DNA of 43,534 bases. Source: a virus. The stretch lies in the IMG/VR virus record IMGVR_UViG_3300012944_000012, one strand, 5' to 3'. Shown here piece by piece: positions 26,115 to 35,635 of this stretch. The stretch's first letter is position 1. Each line of letters begins with the position of its first letter. Below the pieces are notes generated by a model, which searched no databases, was not told where the DNA came from, and saw nothing but the letters and a program-made list of their open reading frames with translations. A program made the translations under genes and the position numbers.

Positions 26115-27538
26115 CGCAGCACGTCGGTTTGCATGTCCGCGCCCATGAACGCGAAATTGAGCGGCGCGCTTTCTCGCAAGCGCCAGCGCACGCCTTGCAC
26201 ATGCGCCTGCCCCCAAATCCCCGCCCGCACCCGGCCATCGATCAAGGACTGGCGGCCGATCTTGACCACGCGCGGATTGCTCCAGACTTGGCCGCCGTCG
26301 CGCGAGATCATGATGGAAATATCCGGATCGGTTTCCAACGGATCGGCCCCGGTGGCGCGACCGACACCATGCGTCAGATACAATTCGAGGCCGTTGATGC
26401 GCAGCATTTGCGGGAACGCGCCGAGCGGTCCGGTGTCAATCTGGATCAACAAGGGGTCGCCAAATTCGGTATTGGTCAGGCCGTCGATCACGGCGAGGTT
26501 GCCGGTTTTCTTGTCGCCGCTGATCCATTGCCCGAACGCCGCAATCGGAAACGCACCGCGCCAGTATTGCACCAGATGCGATTTGCGCTCATGCCATGTC
26601 TGCAACGTGGTGTCGTACTCCCAACACCAATTAGGCCCCTGCACCACCACGATGCCGTGACCTTGGCTGACATAAACCGAAAGATAGATCGCGGTCTTGG
26701 CGGCTTCCTGCTCAATCAGCAAATCGAGATCGGGCGTCGAGATCGGCGTCGGGGTGTAGCCGTCCAAGGTGGACACCTTGAAATCGTCGCCGATCAGAAA
26801 GATGCCCTTGCCGAACCCGTCATCATGTCCGGCGATGGCGAACGGCCCGACGATGCCGCGCGCGATGGTGGCGATGTAGGAGAACGGATAGCCGGTGTCA
26901 TTGATGCCGCCCCACACCTCAATCGAGGTCGAACCAGCCAGCAGCAATTGACCGTTGCCGAGCGGGATCGGGCGATACAGCGTATCGGGCTTGCTTTCAG
27001 CGGTGGCGACATCGAGTGCGTTGATGTCCAGCGAATTGACCTTGCTGGCCTGCGTGTGGCCGTCGCCATAGGTGAAGATGAAAAATCCCTTGTGGAACAC
27101 CACCGCATTGGGCTGGCCGATGTTGGCCCCGCCCGAGCCTGCGGGATAAGCGCCGACGCCCGCGCCCGTGACGATGAAAGCGCCCTCGCCCGGCGAGACA
27201 ATGACGATATCCGGCAGCGGCTTGTTGTTGCGCGCCAGCGTCACCGGGGCGATGCCGGGCAAGGCCCCTGCTAACAACGTGCCCGCGCCGCCGCCGACCG
27301 GGAAGGTGTAAACGGCGGTGCCAATCACGGCATAGATCAGATTGTTGACCAGCAGCGCGCCGCGATAGTTTGCGCCTGCGGTGGTGCCCCATGGCTTCAG
27401 GCCCGGCACCCGCCAATAGGCGTAGGGCTTGCCGGCGGTGGCCGGCAGCTTTTCCGGGTAGCAATTAATCAGCCGGCCGCCTGCGGCCTGCGGCGCGCGG
27501 CCCGGCGCGTTGAGCAGCGGCAGCGGAACGTCGGGCAT
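26111..27538 (-). CDS. P22 gp10-like tail accessory / packaged-DNA stabilisation protein (tentative).
   Basis: 475 aa. The size, position and segment order resemble P22 gp10 as I recall it; not verified by search. Confidence 0.5.
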   Translation of the reverse strand: MPDVPLPLLNAPGRAPQAAGGRLINCYPEKLPATAGKPYAYWRVPGLKPWGTTAGANYRGALLVNNLIYAVIGTAVYTFPVGGGAGTLLAGALPGIAPVTLARNNKPLPDIVIVSPGEGAFIVTGAGVGAYPAGSGGANIGQPNAVVFHKGFFIFTYGDGHTQASKVNSLDINALDVATAESKPDTLYRPIPLGNGQLLLAGSTSIEVWGGINDTGYPFSYIATIARGIVGPFAIAGHDDGFGKGIFLIGDDFKVSTLDGYTPTPISTPDLDLLIEQEAAKTAIYLSVYVSQGHGIVVVQGPNWCWEYDTTLQTWHERKSHLVQYWRGAFPIAAFGQWISGDKKTGNLAVIDGLTNTEFGDPLLIQIDTGPLGAFPQMLRINGLELYLTHGVGRATGADPLETDPDISIMISRDGGQVWSNPRVVKIGRQSLIDGRVRAGIWGQAHVQGVRWRLRESAPLNFAFMGADMQTDVLR

Positions 27539-27879
27539 CAGAAATAATTAGCTTTGAGGGTTTCGTAGGTCGGGGCGCTGGCGACCAGATAGCGCAACCG
27601 CATTTCGTGTTGATAAATCGCGGCGAGATCGAGCGGCGCATTGGAAAATTCCGCCGCCGCGAAGATCGCCAGTATCCGCGCCACGGTTTCGAAATACAGG
27701 TTCGGGATGTCGTTGCGATCCGGGATCACAACAATCTTGGCGATTTCGGTCAGCACGTCATTGATGCAATTGTCGATGGTGTCGTGTTCGACCGCGCCGA
27801 GGGCTTCCCCCGGCACGAACTTGCCGAGGATCGCCGCCGCTTTGTTGATCAGTTGTTCGCTGGTGTGCGAGAGCGCCAT
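27538..27879 (-). CDS. Head-tail adaptor-like protein (putative).
   Basis: 113 aa, helical, assigned by position. No SD; the start abuts a terminator hairpin. Confidence 0.55.
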   Translation of the reverse strand: MALSHTSEQLINKAAAILGKFVPGEALGAVEHDTIDNCINDVLTEIAKIVVIPDRNDIPNLYFETVARILAIFAAAEFSNAPLDLAAIYQHEMRLRYLVASAPTYETLKANYF

Positions 27880-27881
27880 CT

Positions 27882-27906
27882 AAAAAAAGCGGGGGCCGTG
27901 GCCCCC
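27882..27906 (-). terminator. Terminator after the head gene block (minus strand).
   Basis: GGGGGC-cacg-GCCCCC followed by GCTTTTTTT on the minus strand. Confidence 0.6.
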
Positions 27907-27914
27907 TTTCCTTT

Positions 27915-28205
27915 TCAAGCCGGCTCGTCTTCGGGTTGTTCCGGTGGTGCGCGGCCCGCATAGGCCAAGTCCTCCGGGTTGGCGTCCTCTGGTTTGGTGG
28001 TGTCGCGCGGTCGCAGTGAGGCCGCATGGCCTTCGTGGCCCGGCAGTTCGAACAGCCGGTTGTTTTCCAGCATGAAGATAATCCCCGCGTCCTGCTCGTC
28101 GTCGAGGTCAATGCTCTGGCCGTCGAAAAAGGTCTTGCCCTGCACCTCGATCACTTTGCTGTCGCCTTCCGGCGCGTGATAGATCGCCTGCACCTTGTTG
28201 GACAT
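27915..28205 (-). CDS. Hypothetical acidic protein.
   Basis: 96-aa ORF, last gene before the terminator. Confidence 0.6.
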   Translation of the reverse strand: MSNKVQAIYHAPEGDSKVIEVQGKTFFDGQSIDLDDEQDAGIIFMLENNRLFELPGHEGHAASLRPRDTTKPEDANPEDLAYAGRAPPEQPEDEPA

Positions 28206-28250
28206 GATGTTGGTTTCCTCTCGTCACGGTTTAGGTTTCACATGAAACTT

Positions 28251-28670
28251 TCAGGCGAAAATGGTTCCCCAAAGGTAGTACTCAAACACGCCGGGTGCGG
28301 CGAGGTTGGCGGGGGTGGTGACGGTGAATTGAATTTCCGTCTCCAAGTAGGTCGGGAACGCGAAGCCGGCTGCGGCAATCGTGGTGATGGTGCCGCCCGC
28401 CTGCCCTACGTTGTTGCCGGTCAAATAGCGCGCGGAATTGCCGGGGTCGCCCAACGTGAACAGCAGCGCCACCGTGCCATTGTCCAACTTGGGCACGATG
28501 CCGTAGGCCCCGAGCACCAAGAAGAACGGCGGCACCTTGAACATGCCGACCACGCCGCCGGCCCCGAGGTCGGCGGCTTGGAGGTTGACCTTGCGGCCAA
28601 AGCATTTCGCGGTACGCATGAAGCCCTGCCCGCCCGGCTGCGGCTGGCTCCAGTCTTTGCGATAGACCAT
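28251..28670 (-). CDS. Head-associated ~140-aa protein, paralog C (decoration/cement candidate).
   Basis: MVYRKDWSQPQPGGQGFMRTAKCFG...; paralogous to 28680..29099 and 29148..29570. Confidence 0.7.
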   Translation of the reverse strand: MVYRKDWSQPQPGGQGFMRTAKCFGRKVNLQAADLGAGGVVGMFKVPPFFLVLGAYGIVPKLDNGTVALLFTLGDPGNSARYLTGNNVGQAGGTITTIAAAGFAFPTYLETEIQFTVTTPANLAAPGVFEYYLWGTIFA

Positions 28671-28679
28671 GTGACCCTC

Positions 28680-29099
28680 CTACAGCATGAAGCCACGGAG
28701 ATAGATCGGCAACGCGCCTGCGATGCCGCCCGCCGCCGCCGCCGCCGCCGTCAGGATGATTTCGGTGTCGGCGGTGTAGCGGAACAGGAAGCCGGTCGCG
28801 GCCAGCGCCGGGAACGTCGCCGCCGCCTGACCGAAGGCCGACGCACTGAGCAGACGGTTTGGCACCGCAGCGTCGCCAAGCGAGAGCGTCAGCGTCGCGC
28901 CGGTGTCGAGGTCGGGCGTGACCGTGGGCAGCAAGTCCGTCGCCACAAAGCCGGCGGGCACCACAAAACATCCGACGACATTGTTGATCACGGTGAGATC
29001 GTTGATCGCAATGTTCACGCTGCGACCGAACACTTTCATGGTGCGGGCAAAGCCCTGATTGCCCTGTTGCGGCTGGCCCCAATCTTTCCGATAGACCAT
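28680..29099 (-). CDS. Head-associated ~140-aa protein, paralog B.
   Basis: MVYRKDWGQPQQGNQGFARTMKVFG... Confidence 0.7.
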   Translation of the reverse strand: MVYRKDWGQPQQGNQGFARTMKVFGRSVNIAINDLTVINNVVGCFVVPAGFVATDLLPTVTPDLDTGATLTLSLGDAAVPNRLLSASAFGQAAATFPALAATGFLFRYTADTEIILTAAAAAAGGIAGALPIYLRGFML

Positions 29100-29147
29100 T
29101 TTAAGTCTCCCTTTCCGGGGTGGACCGCGCCGGGATTGGCGCGGCTG

Positions 29148-29570
29148 TCAGCACATGAAGCCCTGCAAATAAAATTTGAGCGTCCCCGGCAGCGGCGTGG
29201 CGGCCGGGACCGCGACGTACAGTTGGATTTCAGTTTCCTTGGGGTAGTAATAAAGCCAGCTTGTCTGCGGCAGCATCGCGTCGGTGCTGGCCCCGTTTTG
29301 TCCAATGTTTGAAACCGCCATCAAACGCTGCGGATTCTCGCCATCGCCCAACCCCAACAGCAGCGCCTTGGGAGCACCGCTATCGAGGCTGGGGATCACG
29401 AGCATGGTCGAGAGCACGACAAATTCCGCCGGCACCCTGAACAACCCGACCGTATTGTTTGCCACCGCGATATCGGAAGCGATCAGACTGGTGCTGCTGC
29501 CAAAGCATTTCATGGTCCGCGAGTAACCCCGGTTGCCCGGCTGCGGTTGTCGCCATGCCTTGCGATACAT
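29148..29570 (-). CDS. Head-associated ~140-aa protein, paralog A.
   Basis: MYRKAWRQPQPGNRGYSRTMKCFG...; immediately downstream of the capsid gene. Confidence 0.7.
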   Translation of the reverse strand: MYRKAWRQPQPGNRGYSRTMKCFGSSTSLIASDIAVANNTVGLFRVPAEFVVLSTMLVIPSLDSGAPKALLLGLGDGENPQRLMAVSNIGQNGASTDAMLPQTSWLYYYPKETEIQLYVAVPAATPLPGTLKFYLQGFMC

Positions 29571-29612
29571 GCTGCCCTCCTGAAAAAGCGCCGGTTGCCC
29601 GGCGCTCTCAAT

Positions 29613-30806
29613 TCATGCGTTCGGAGGTGCGGCGACGAACCCCGTCACCATGCCCCAATCGACGAGATCGCCGACCGTGGCCCCGCTGACGCTGATCGGG
29701 GCCTTGGCGATTTTCGCGGTGCCGTACTGGGTTTCGATGCCGAGGCCGGTGACGAAATCATAATCCGCGTCTTCCAACGTGGTTGGACGCGGCAGTTGCC
29801 CCATCGCATACGCCATCGCGCCCTGACCGCAGAGAAAATACGGCTCGATATCGACCAGCGCCACGCCCGCCGCCTTCAACAGCAGGCGTTGGGTGATTTC
29901 GGGGATTTCCTTGTAGATGATGCCGTTGAACAGCAACGCGCCGCCGGTAAAAATCGGGTTGGTGCCGGTGGCGTTGTTCTCCCGTGAACGCGCGTCGCGG
30001 TTGGCCTGATACATCACGGGATCGGCTTGCAAGTCGCGAAACGCCCTAGAACCGAGGAAGCAGACATAATCCTCCTCGTCGAGTTCGGGCAGTTCCCAAG
30101 GCGTGATCTTGGGCCGGCCGTTGTAGGCGCCGGGGTTGGCCGGATCGACGCCGGATTGCTTGGCTTGATCCTTGGCCAGATTGCCAATCGCCGCCGTCAT
30201 CCGGTCGGCGGTGATGTCCACATTGGCGAACGACGCCGCCACCGTGGAGGTGTAGTTCCCCAACGCCGCGCCGTAGACGATGCGATCATAGTTGGCGACG
30301 TTCCACGCGTTCTTTTGCGCCGTGGACGCCGCCGACCAGCGCAAGCCGTTGACACGGTTGCCCGGCGAGGTGAAGCGGCCCGGCTGGATCGCCGAGGTCG
30401 GGATCGATGACAGCGTGTCGGTCAGGTCATCGCGCACGATGCGCCGCGCCCAGCCGCGCAATAGATCGCGCGCGGTAGACCGCACATTGAACGAGCTTTC
30501 CTTGTTGACGGCGCGGTTGTTGGCCACCGCGTTGCGGCCCCAATCCGCCCATACCGGCATGCCGTAAGAGTCCAGTGCTTCCTCATTGCCGCGCAAGGTG
30601 CCAGCGCCGACACCATCGCCGGACAATTGCGTGACCAGCGGCACGCGGATTTCCTTACCATCGGCCGCAAGATCAGCCATGCGGACGATAACCGCCGTCG
30701 AGGTGTCTCCCATGAAGGGATCGAACCGCGAGCGCCGCAAGAAGTCGGTCATGACGTTGCGGCGGAATTTAATCAGTTCATTGTTGACGTGATTGGACGT
30801 GAGCAT
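29613..30806 (-). CDS. Major capsid protein, N4-gp56-like family.
   Basis: 397 aa. The LSGDGVGAGTLRGNEEAL segment is typical of this family as I recall it. Position after the scaffold gene. Confidence 0.85.
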   Translation of the reverse strand: MLTSNHVNNELIKFRRNVMTDFLRRSRFDPFMGDTSTAVIVRMADLAADGKEIRVPLVTQLSGDGVGAGTLRGNEEALDSYGMPVWADWGRNAVANNRAVNKESSFNVRSTARDLLRGWARRIVRDDLTDTLSSIPTSAIQPGRFTSPGNRVNGLRWSAASTAQKNAWNVANYDRIVYGAALGNYTSTVAASFANVDITADRMTAAIGNLAKDQAKQSGVDPANPGAYNGRPKITPWELPELDEEDYVCFLGSRAFRDLQADPVMYQANRDARSRENNATGTNPIFTGGALLFNGIIYKEIPEITQRLLLKAAGVALVDIEPYFLCGQGAMAYAMGQLPRPTTLEDADYDFVTGLGIETQYGTAKIAKAPISVSGATVGDLVDWGMVTGFVAAPPNA

Positions 30807-30863
30807 CGTCCCGATCCTTCTGGATCAGGCGGCGCTATCCGGCTCGCAAGCCGTCTTTGCTTT

Positions 30864-31658
30864 TCAGCGCCGCCGGGTGGCCGCGTGGAAAAGTTCCTCG
30901 TCGCTCATGTTGTCGTCCGCTTCATTGGACGGCGCGGCGGCTCCGACTTTTCCGATGGATGGAAGTTTCGGGACCACGGGACGATTGACGCTGTTGCCTT
31001 GGCTCACGGCTTGGCCGCGCGCCGCCTCAAAAACCTTTTTCTGAAACTCCGGGTCTTTGAGCGCTTCGTCGAGGACTCGCTGCTTGTAGGCTCCGAGATC
31101 GGAGCCCACGGTCGAGATCACCTCTTTGCCAATGTGCCAGTTGAGGATTTCCCCGTAAGGGTCTATCGACTTCATGGCGCGATTGTAGACGCTCCACGCC
31201 TCGCTATCGCGCGCGCCCATGGCACTCTCCAGTGCCTTGCGTGCGCCCTGCACTTTCTCATCGCCATGCCGGGTAATGGCGTGCTGCAATGAGTAGTGTT
31301 CGGTGACGGCGTTGATCCGTTCCTGTACCGGATCGAGCAGCGGTTTGACTTCCTCCTGCACAAAGGCCGAAGGCGCTTCAAACATATCGCTGCGCTTGGG
31401 CGGCTCCTGTTTCGGGACAGGCTGGCGCAACAACACTTGATCCAGTTGCCGGCGAAACTCATCGCGCTCCCGTTCCGCCGAGCGCCGCGCTTCGGTTTCC
31501 TCCCGCAACCGTCCCGGCGGGATCGCCGGTTCGGCTTCTTTCGGTGCGGGAGGCGGTTGCGGTGGCGGCCCTGCCTCGCTTTCGGTTGGCGGGGTGGTGA
31601 GCACATCATTAAGCAATGCAGCATCGTCCGGCAAAGCCGGATCGGTCTCGTCTTTCAT
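30864..31658 (-). CDS. Scaffolding protein (putative).
   Basis: 264 aa, charged/helical, lying between the portal and capsid genes. Confidence 0.65.
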   Translation of the reverse strand: MKDETDPALPDDAALLNDVLTTPPTESEAGPPPQPPPAPKEAEPAIPPGRLREETEARRSAERERDEFRRQLDQVLLRQPVPKQEPPKRSDMFEAPSAFVQEEVKPLLDPVQERINAVTEHYSLQHAITRHGDEKVQGARKALESAMGARDSEAWSVYNRAMKSIDPYGEILNWHIGKEVISTVGSDLGAYKQRVLDEALKDPEFQKKVFEAARGQAVSQGNSVNRPVVPKLPSIGKVGAAAPSNEADDNMSDEELFHAATRRR

Positions 31659-31692
31659 GGTTCACCTATCGGACTGTCGCGCCGAGGGCGTG

Positions 31693-31738
31693 GCCTTAAT
31701 GTCGTTTAAGGCGGACGTGGCTATGCAGCGGGCATAGC
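31693..31738 (-). promoter_or_regulatory. Two 7-bp-stem hairpins in the scaffold gene leader.
   Basis: GCCTTAA (31693..31699) pairs with TTAAGGC (31706..31712). GCTATGC (31720..31726) pairs with GCATAGC (31732..31738). Confidence 0.4.
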
Positions 31739-31760
31739 GCCGTTGCGATCATCTCGTTGA

Positions 31761-31848
31761 TCGCCGACGAACCGTTGTTCTATCGCCGACGAACCGTTGT
31801 TCTATCGCTGACGAACCGTTGTTCTGTCACGGGCGAACCGTTGTTCTG
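31761..31848. repeat. 4 x 22-bp tandem direct repeat.
   Basis: Copies at 31761, 31783 (identical to the first), 31805 and 31827; invariant core CGAACCGTTGTTCT. The last copy encodes the portal C-terminus (RTTVRP-stop). Confidence 0.95.
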
Positions 31849-33776
31849 TTTTTGGCCTGCCGGTCGGCGTCACGCGCCGCATGTTCGGCGAACAGTTCGA
31901 GCGGGGCCAACCGTGCCTGCTGTTCCAGCTTGCGGGCGGATGCCGTTTTGTGGATCGCGGTGGCTTCGGTTTCGCGGATGTCGGCCAGTTGCTGTAGGAT
32001 GTCGAGGTCGGTCTTCGGCAACTCGCCCGGCGAGTCCGGTGCGCCTTCGGTTTGCGCTTTGGCGATGTTGAGCATGGTCTGCGATTTGGTCTTGTCGATT
32101 TCGGCGTTGGTCTTGCCGACTTCGGCGTTCTTGTTCGCCAGTTCCAGTTGCGCCGCCTGCATCTTGATCGGGTCCGGCTGCGAGATCATGGCGTTGAGCT
32201 TCTTCTTCTCCTTGGCCGGCAGATAAGAGGCTTCGATAATGGCCTGCGGCGGTACCGGCACATTGTTCTGCGACAATGCCATCAGGGTATCGAACACATC
32301 GCCCATCACGGTTTCGGTATCGGGGCCTTCATCAATGTGGATATCGACATCGATTTGCCCCAAGGCGTTGACCAGCGCCGGGCGGCCCCACGGATCGAAT
32401 TGCACGCCGTTGATCATCATGAACTGCGCCACGCCCTGATCATCGGTGACGCGCAAAAACCGTTGCGCGGTCCAGTAGCGTTGCGCGGCGCACCACGCGG
32501 CGCGGTATTGCGCCAGCTTCCACATCCGGAAATTTTTCAGGAACGGCCCGAGTTCGGCGAGCCCCGCTTGCTGCGACATATTATAGGCGCGGCCCGAGGT
32601 GTTTTGCCCCATCATCATCAGTTGCTGGTTCGGCCCGAAATTATCAATCTCGGCCTTGGCGTCCTGATAGTACTGGGTCTGCTGCAAGAACTCCTGATCG
32701 GGCTGGATGATTTCGAGATCGGCCTTGTCGCCGTGATAAACCAGTGTGCCATCCGGCCGTGCGGCTTCCCGCCGTGTGACTTCGACATCATCCACCGCGC
32801 CATCCTTGATCTTCAACTGACGGGTGTTCATGATATGGATCGACTTGGAACGATGCTGGTTCATGGCGTCCTGCGGCCCGCGCAAGCGCCGGACAAATCC
32901 GTAATGGTCGCCGTCGATGTCGATTTGGTTGGCGAACGCAAAAAATTTGGAAATGCTCTTGTTGCGTTCGTCGTAGAACGGGCTATCGCCCTGCATCAAC
33001 AGCGCGGTGCCGGCGTGCAGGCACCATTTCCAGACCCCTTGCTCCAGATACCAGTGATCCACCAACCTGACCCGGTTGCGGTTGTCGGTCCACAGCGTCT
33101 CGCGGTCGGTGTCGAACGCGGTCCAGTAGCCGCTATCGGCCTGCAACGAGCCCGACACCTGATCGGACGCCCCCTCCACCAGTTCATCGAGTTCGGTGAC
33201 ATCGGCCCATTTGGCGATGCCGTGAAACCGTGTGTCGGTAAAATCAAATTTCAGGGAGCGCGGATCGTAGAAGAAGGTCTTGGGATCGCGGTACTCAAAT
33301 CGCAAATCCGGGTCGCCCTGATCGCCTTCGATCAGCATCAACTCGTCCACCGCCAGACCGTGCACCGCGCCGTCGCGGCAGCACTCGGTTTCCAAATCCT
33401 CGAACAACGAGGCGTCGCAGATGGTTCTAATGACCTGGGTGGCGACTTCCGCGCCCGCTTCGCCTTTCGGGGTGTTGGGGTAACACTTGCAGTCGGTGCG
33501 CAGCTTCCGCACGGTACCGACAAGGCTGTCGATCTTCCTTCCAATGCGGTCGAACGTGATCGGCGGCTGGTTGCGCTTTTTCAAGGTGCGCAATTGCTCC
33601 GTGGTCCACTGATCGACATGGTAGTAGCGCCATGACGCCCGAGCTTCGTCAATCTCTCTGGATTTGACGCTGGCGTAGTCCTCAAATTCCTTGCGCCGGG
33701 TGCGCAGCAGCTTGTCGTCGTCGGGCTTTTCCTTGGTGTCGGCATAGTCGGCGCGACTCAGCGTGACGGTCTGCAT
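31827..33776 (-). CDS. Portal protein.
   Basis: 649 aa, directly downstream of TerL with overlapping stop and start, upstream of the scaffold gene. Confidence 0.8.
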   Translation of the reverse strand: MQTVTLSRADYADTKEKPDDDKLLRTRRKEFEDYASVKSREIDEARASWRYYHVDQWTTEQLRTLKKRNQPPITFDRIGRKIDSLVGTVRKLRTDCKCYPNTPKGEAGAEVATQVIRTICDASLFEDLETECCRDGAVHGLAVDELMLIEGDQGDPDLRFEYRDPKTFFYDPRSLKFDFTDTRFHGIAKWADVTELDELVEGASDQVSGSLQADSGYWTAFDTDRETLWTDNRNRVRLVDHWYLEQGVWKWCLHAGTALLMQGDSPFYDERNKSISKFFAFANQIDIDGDHYGFVRRLRGPQDAMNQHRSKSIHIMNTRQLKIKDGAVDDVEVTRREAARPDGTLVYHGDKADLEIIQPDQEFLQQTQYYQDAKAEIDNFGPNQQLMMMGQNTSGRAYNMSQQAGLAELGPFLKNFRMWKLAQYRAAWCAAQRYWTAQRFLRVTDDQGVAQFMMINGVQFDPWGRPALVNALGQIDVDIHIDEGPDTETVMGDVFDTLMALSQNNVPVPPQAIIEASYLPAKEKKKLNAMISQPDPIKMQAAQLELANKNAEVGKTNAEIDKTKSQTMLNIAKAQTEGAPDSPGELPKTDLDILQQLADIRETEATAIHKTASARKLEQQARLAPLELFAEHAARDADRQAKNRTTVRP

Positions 33777-35224
33777 TACAGCAGCATCGGGTCAGCCGAT
33801 GTCACGCGCTCAATCGCCTTGTAGTCGCGCTTCGGCAGGGTGATGGTTTTCACCTTCGGCATCCGTCCTTTGATCATGTGATCGAGCAACTGGCCGATCA
33901 ATCCCAGCGCGTCCACTTGGTCATCGTGCACACCGGCCGGGAAATGCAGCAATTCAGACCTGAAATCCGCCAGCCACGGAGCGCGTGACGGCACATAGAG
34001 CCCACTCAAGGACATGCGGCCTTGGATCGAGCGGGCGCGCACCGCCTTGTCGCCGCGCGTCGGAAACATTTCGCGCTCACACCACGCCCGGCGTTCTCTT
34101 TGCCTTCGGTCCAGAAACGGCCCGATGCCGGCGCGGATTTGGCCCTGTTCTTCCGCCCATGCGAACGGCTTGTATTTCAACACCAGATCGCAGAACGCAT
34201 CGATCCAGATGTCGCTCGTGTTTTGCTGGCGCCACACCTCCAAGAGATACATCCGTTCCTCCGGATCGAGCCCGACCACGGCATGCACGGTGTAGTCGCC
34301 GCCGTCCTTGGTCACCGCATAGTCCGAGCCGCCGTAACATCGCAGGGTTTTCAAATCCGGGATGTGGTTGACCGGATGCAGCCACTCGTCCTTGAAATAA
34401 TCGCCTTCATCCGGCGTCGGTTCTTGCTGATAGAGGGCTGACCACACCCGTGCCGGCGTGTTCACTTTCAAATCGGCGAGTTGCTGGCCGTAGCCGTAGT
34501 CGTCGTCGTTCCACAAAAATTCGCCAACCGGCCGTCCCAGCGGATCATCGTCCTTGGCTTCCGCCGGCAACGACAACACGTCCCAATGCTGGAAATTGAT
34601 CGCCCTGCCCGCGAGGTCGTCCTCATGCCAGCGGGTCTGGATCAGCATTTGCCGGGCGCGCGGCACCAGACGCGGTCTGAAATCGTTGAGATACCAATCC
34701 CACAACCGATCCCGAACCAGAGAGCTATCGGCGTCTTGACGCGAGCGGATCGGGTCATCGATCAAGCCATACAACGCCCGGAATCCGGCGATGCCGGTCA
34801 AGGCCCCGGCCGCCAGATACTCGCCGCCCTGTTCCAGTCCCCATCGTCCGGCCGCCTGATTGTCCGCCGTCAATTTGATGTTCAAGCTAGGCGCGTGATC
34901 GCCGACCAGATTTCGCACCCTGCGGCCCCAGCGTTCCGCAAGTTCGGTGGTATGCGACGCCGCAAGGATCATCGCGGCCGGGTCTTGCGCGAACAGCCAC
35001 GCCGGAAACAGGATCGAGGCATAAGTCGATTTCGCAGAGCCCGGCGGCATGAACACCGCCAGCCGTTCGATCTCGCCACGGGCAAGGGCTTCGAGATACT
35101 GGATCAGCAGCCGGTGATGACGGGCCGGGATATAGCCGTTTTCCAGACACCACTCGGTCAACGAGCCACGCAGCCGTCGCCGCCGCAGCACTTCTTGTGC
35201 GGCTTGGTCCGGCGTGAGGTGCAT
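33776..35224 (-). CDS. terL: Terminase large subunit.
   Basis: Walker A-like FMPPGSAKST. C-terminal nuclease region GGSDYAV...DDQVDAL. 482 aa. Confidence 0.9.
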   Translation of the reverse strand: MHLTPDQAAQEVLRRRRLRGSLTEWCLENGYIPARHHRLLIQYLEALARGEIERLAVFMPPGSAKSTYASILFPAWLFAQDPAAMILAASHTTELAERWGRRVRNLVGDHAPSLNIKLTADNQAAGRWGLEQGGEYLAAGALTGIAGFRALYGLIDDPIRSRQDADSSLVRDRLWDWYLNDFRPRLVPRARQMLIQTRWHEDDLAGRAINFQHWDVLSLPAEAKDDDPLGRPVGEFLWNDDDYGYGQQLADLKVNTPARVWSALYQQEPTPDEGDYFKDEWLHPVNHIPDLKTLRCYGGSDYAVTKDGGDYTVHAVVGLDPEERMYLLEVWRQQNTSDIWIDAFCDLVLKYKPFAWAEEQGQIRAGIGPFLDRRQRERRAWCEREMFPTRGDKAVRARSIQGRMSLSGLYVPSRAPWLADFRSELLHFPAGVHDDQVDALGLIGQLLDHMIKGRMPKVKTITLPKRDYKAIERVTSADPMLL

Positions 35225-35225
35225 G

Positions 35226-35417
35226 TTAGCGGGCTAACCACTCCAGCGCCTTGTCCTTGGCGCGCTGCCAGTTTTCCGGGGTGTCGTCAAATCGCCATGC
35301 GTTGCGGACGCCGTGGTACTCGACGCCGAAACCGTTAAAGCCGTGGTCATCGGCCTGCATCAGCATCACGCCGGGAAATTTCGCCTTGATGTCGTCGGCC
35401 ACCTCTTGCGGGATCAC
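35226..35417 (-). CDS. Hypothetical small protein.
   Basis: 63-aa ORF immediately upstream of terL. Confidence 0.55.
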   Translation of the reverse strand: MIPQEVADDIKAKFPGVMLMQADDHGFNGFGVEYHGVRNAWRFDDTPENWQRAKDKALEWLAR

Positions 35418-35635
35418 TCCGGAAACACCTCATCCAATAGCGTCAACATCGCGTCATGCACGATCTTGAGATTTTTCAGGCCGTTGCGGGCGCGTTCGGT
35501 GGCCCCGTCCAAGGTCAGGTTCTCGAAAATCCGCGCGGTCTTGGTGCGCGCGCCGAGCAGGATGCCGGCCTTGACGGCTTCCCTCAGCGCGTCAGGCTCT
35601 TGATCGTGTTCTGGCCTTCCTCGCTGTTGAACCAT
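35414..35635 (-). CDS. Hypothetical small protein (start uncertain).
   Basis: 73-aa ORF. The ATG overlaps the upstream gene by 52 nt. Confidence 0.4.
   Translation of the reverse strand: MVQQRGRPEHDQEPDALREAVKAGILLGARTKTARIFENLTLDGATERARNGLKNLKIVHDAMLTLLDEVFPE

Noticed and set aside
31761-31848. The 22-bp repeat array as a mini CRISPR array.
   Set aside because: The repeats are directly abutting with no spacers. There are only four copies, there are no cas genes, and one copy is coding.
32052-33635. Very long ORFs antisense to recognised genes. Examples: 32052..33635 (+), 21664..22965 (+), 26093..27274 (+), 28026..29312 (+), 8832..9989 (-), 24798..25742 (-), 20534..20983 (+).
   Set aside because: These are shadow ORFs, typical of GC-rich DNA. 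They are Arg/Gly/Pro/Ala/His-rich and lack recognisable motifs. Each is fully embedded opposite a gene with a clear family signature or clear operon context.
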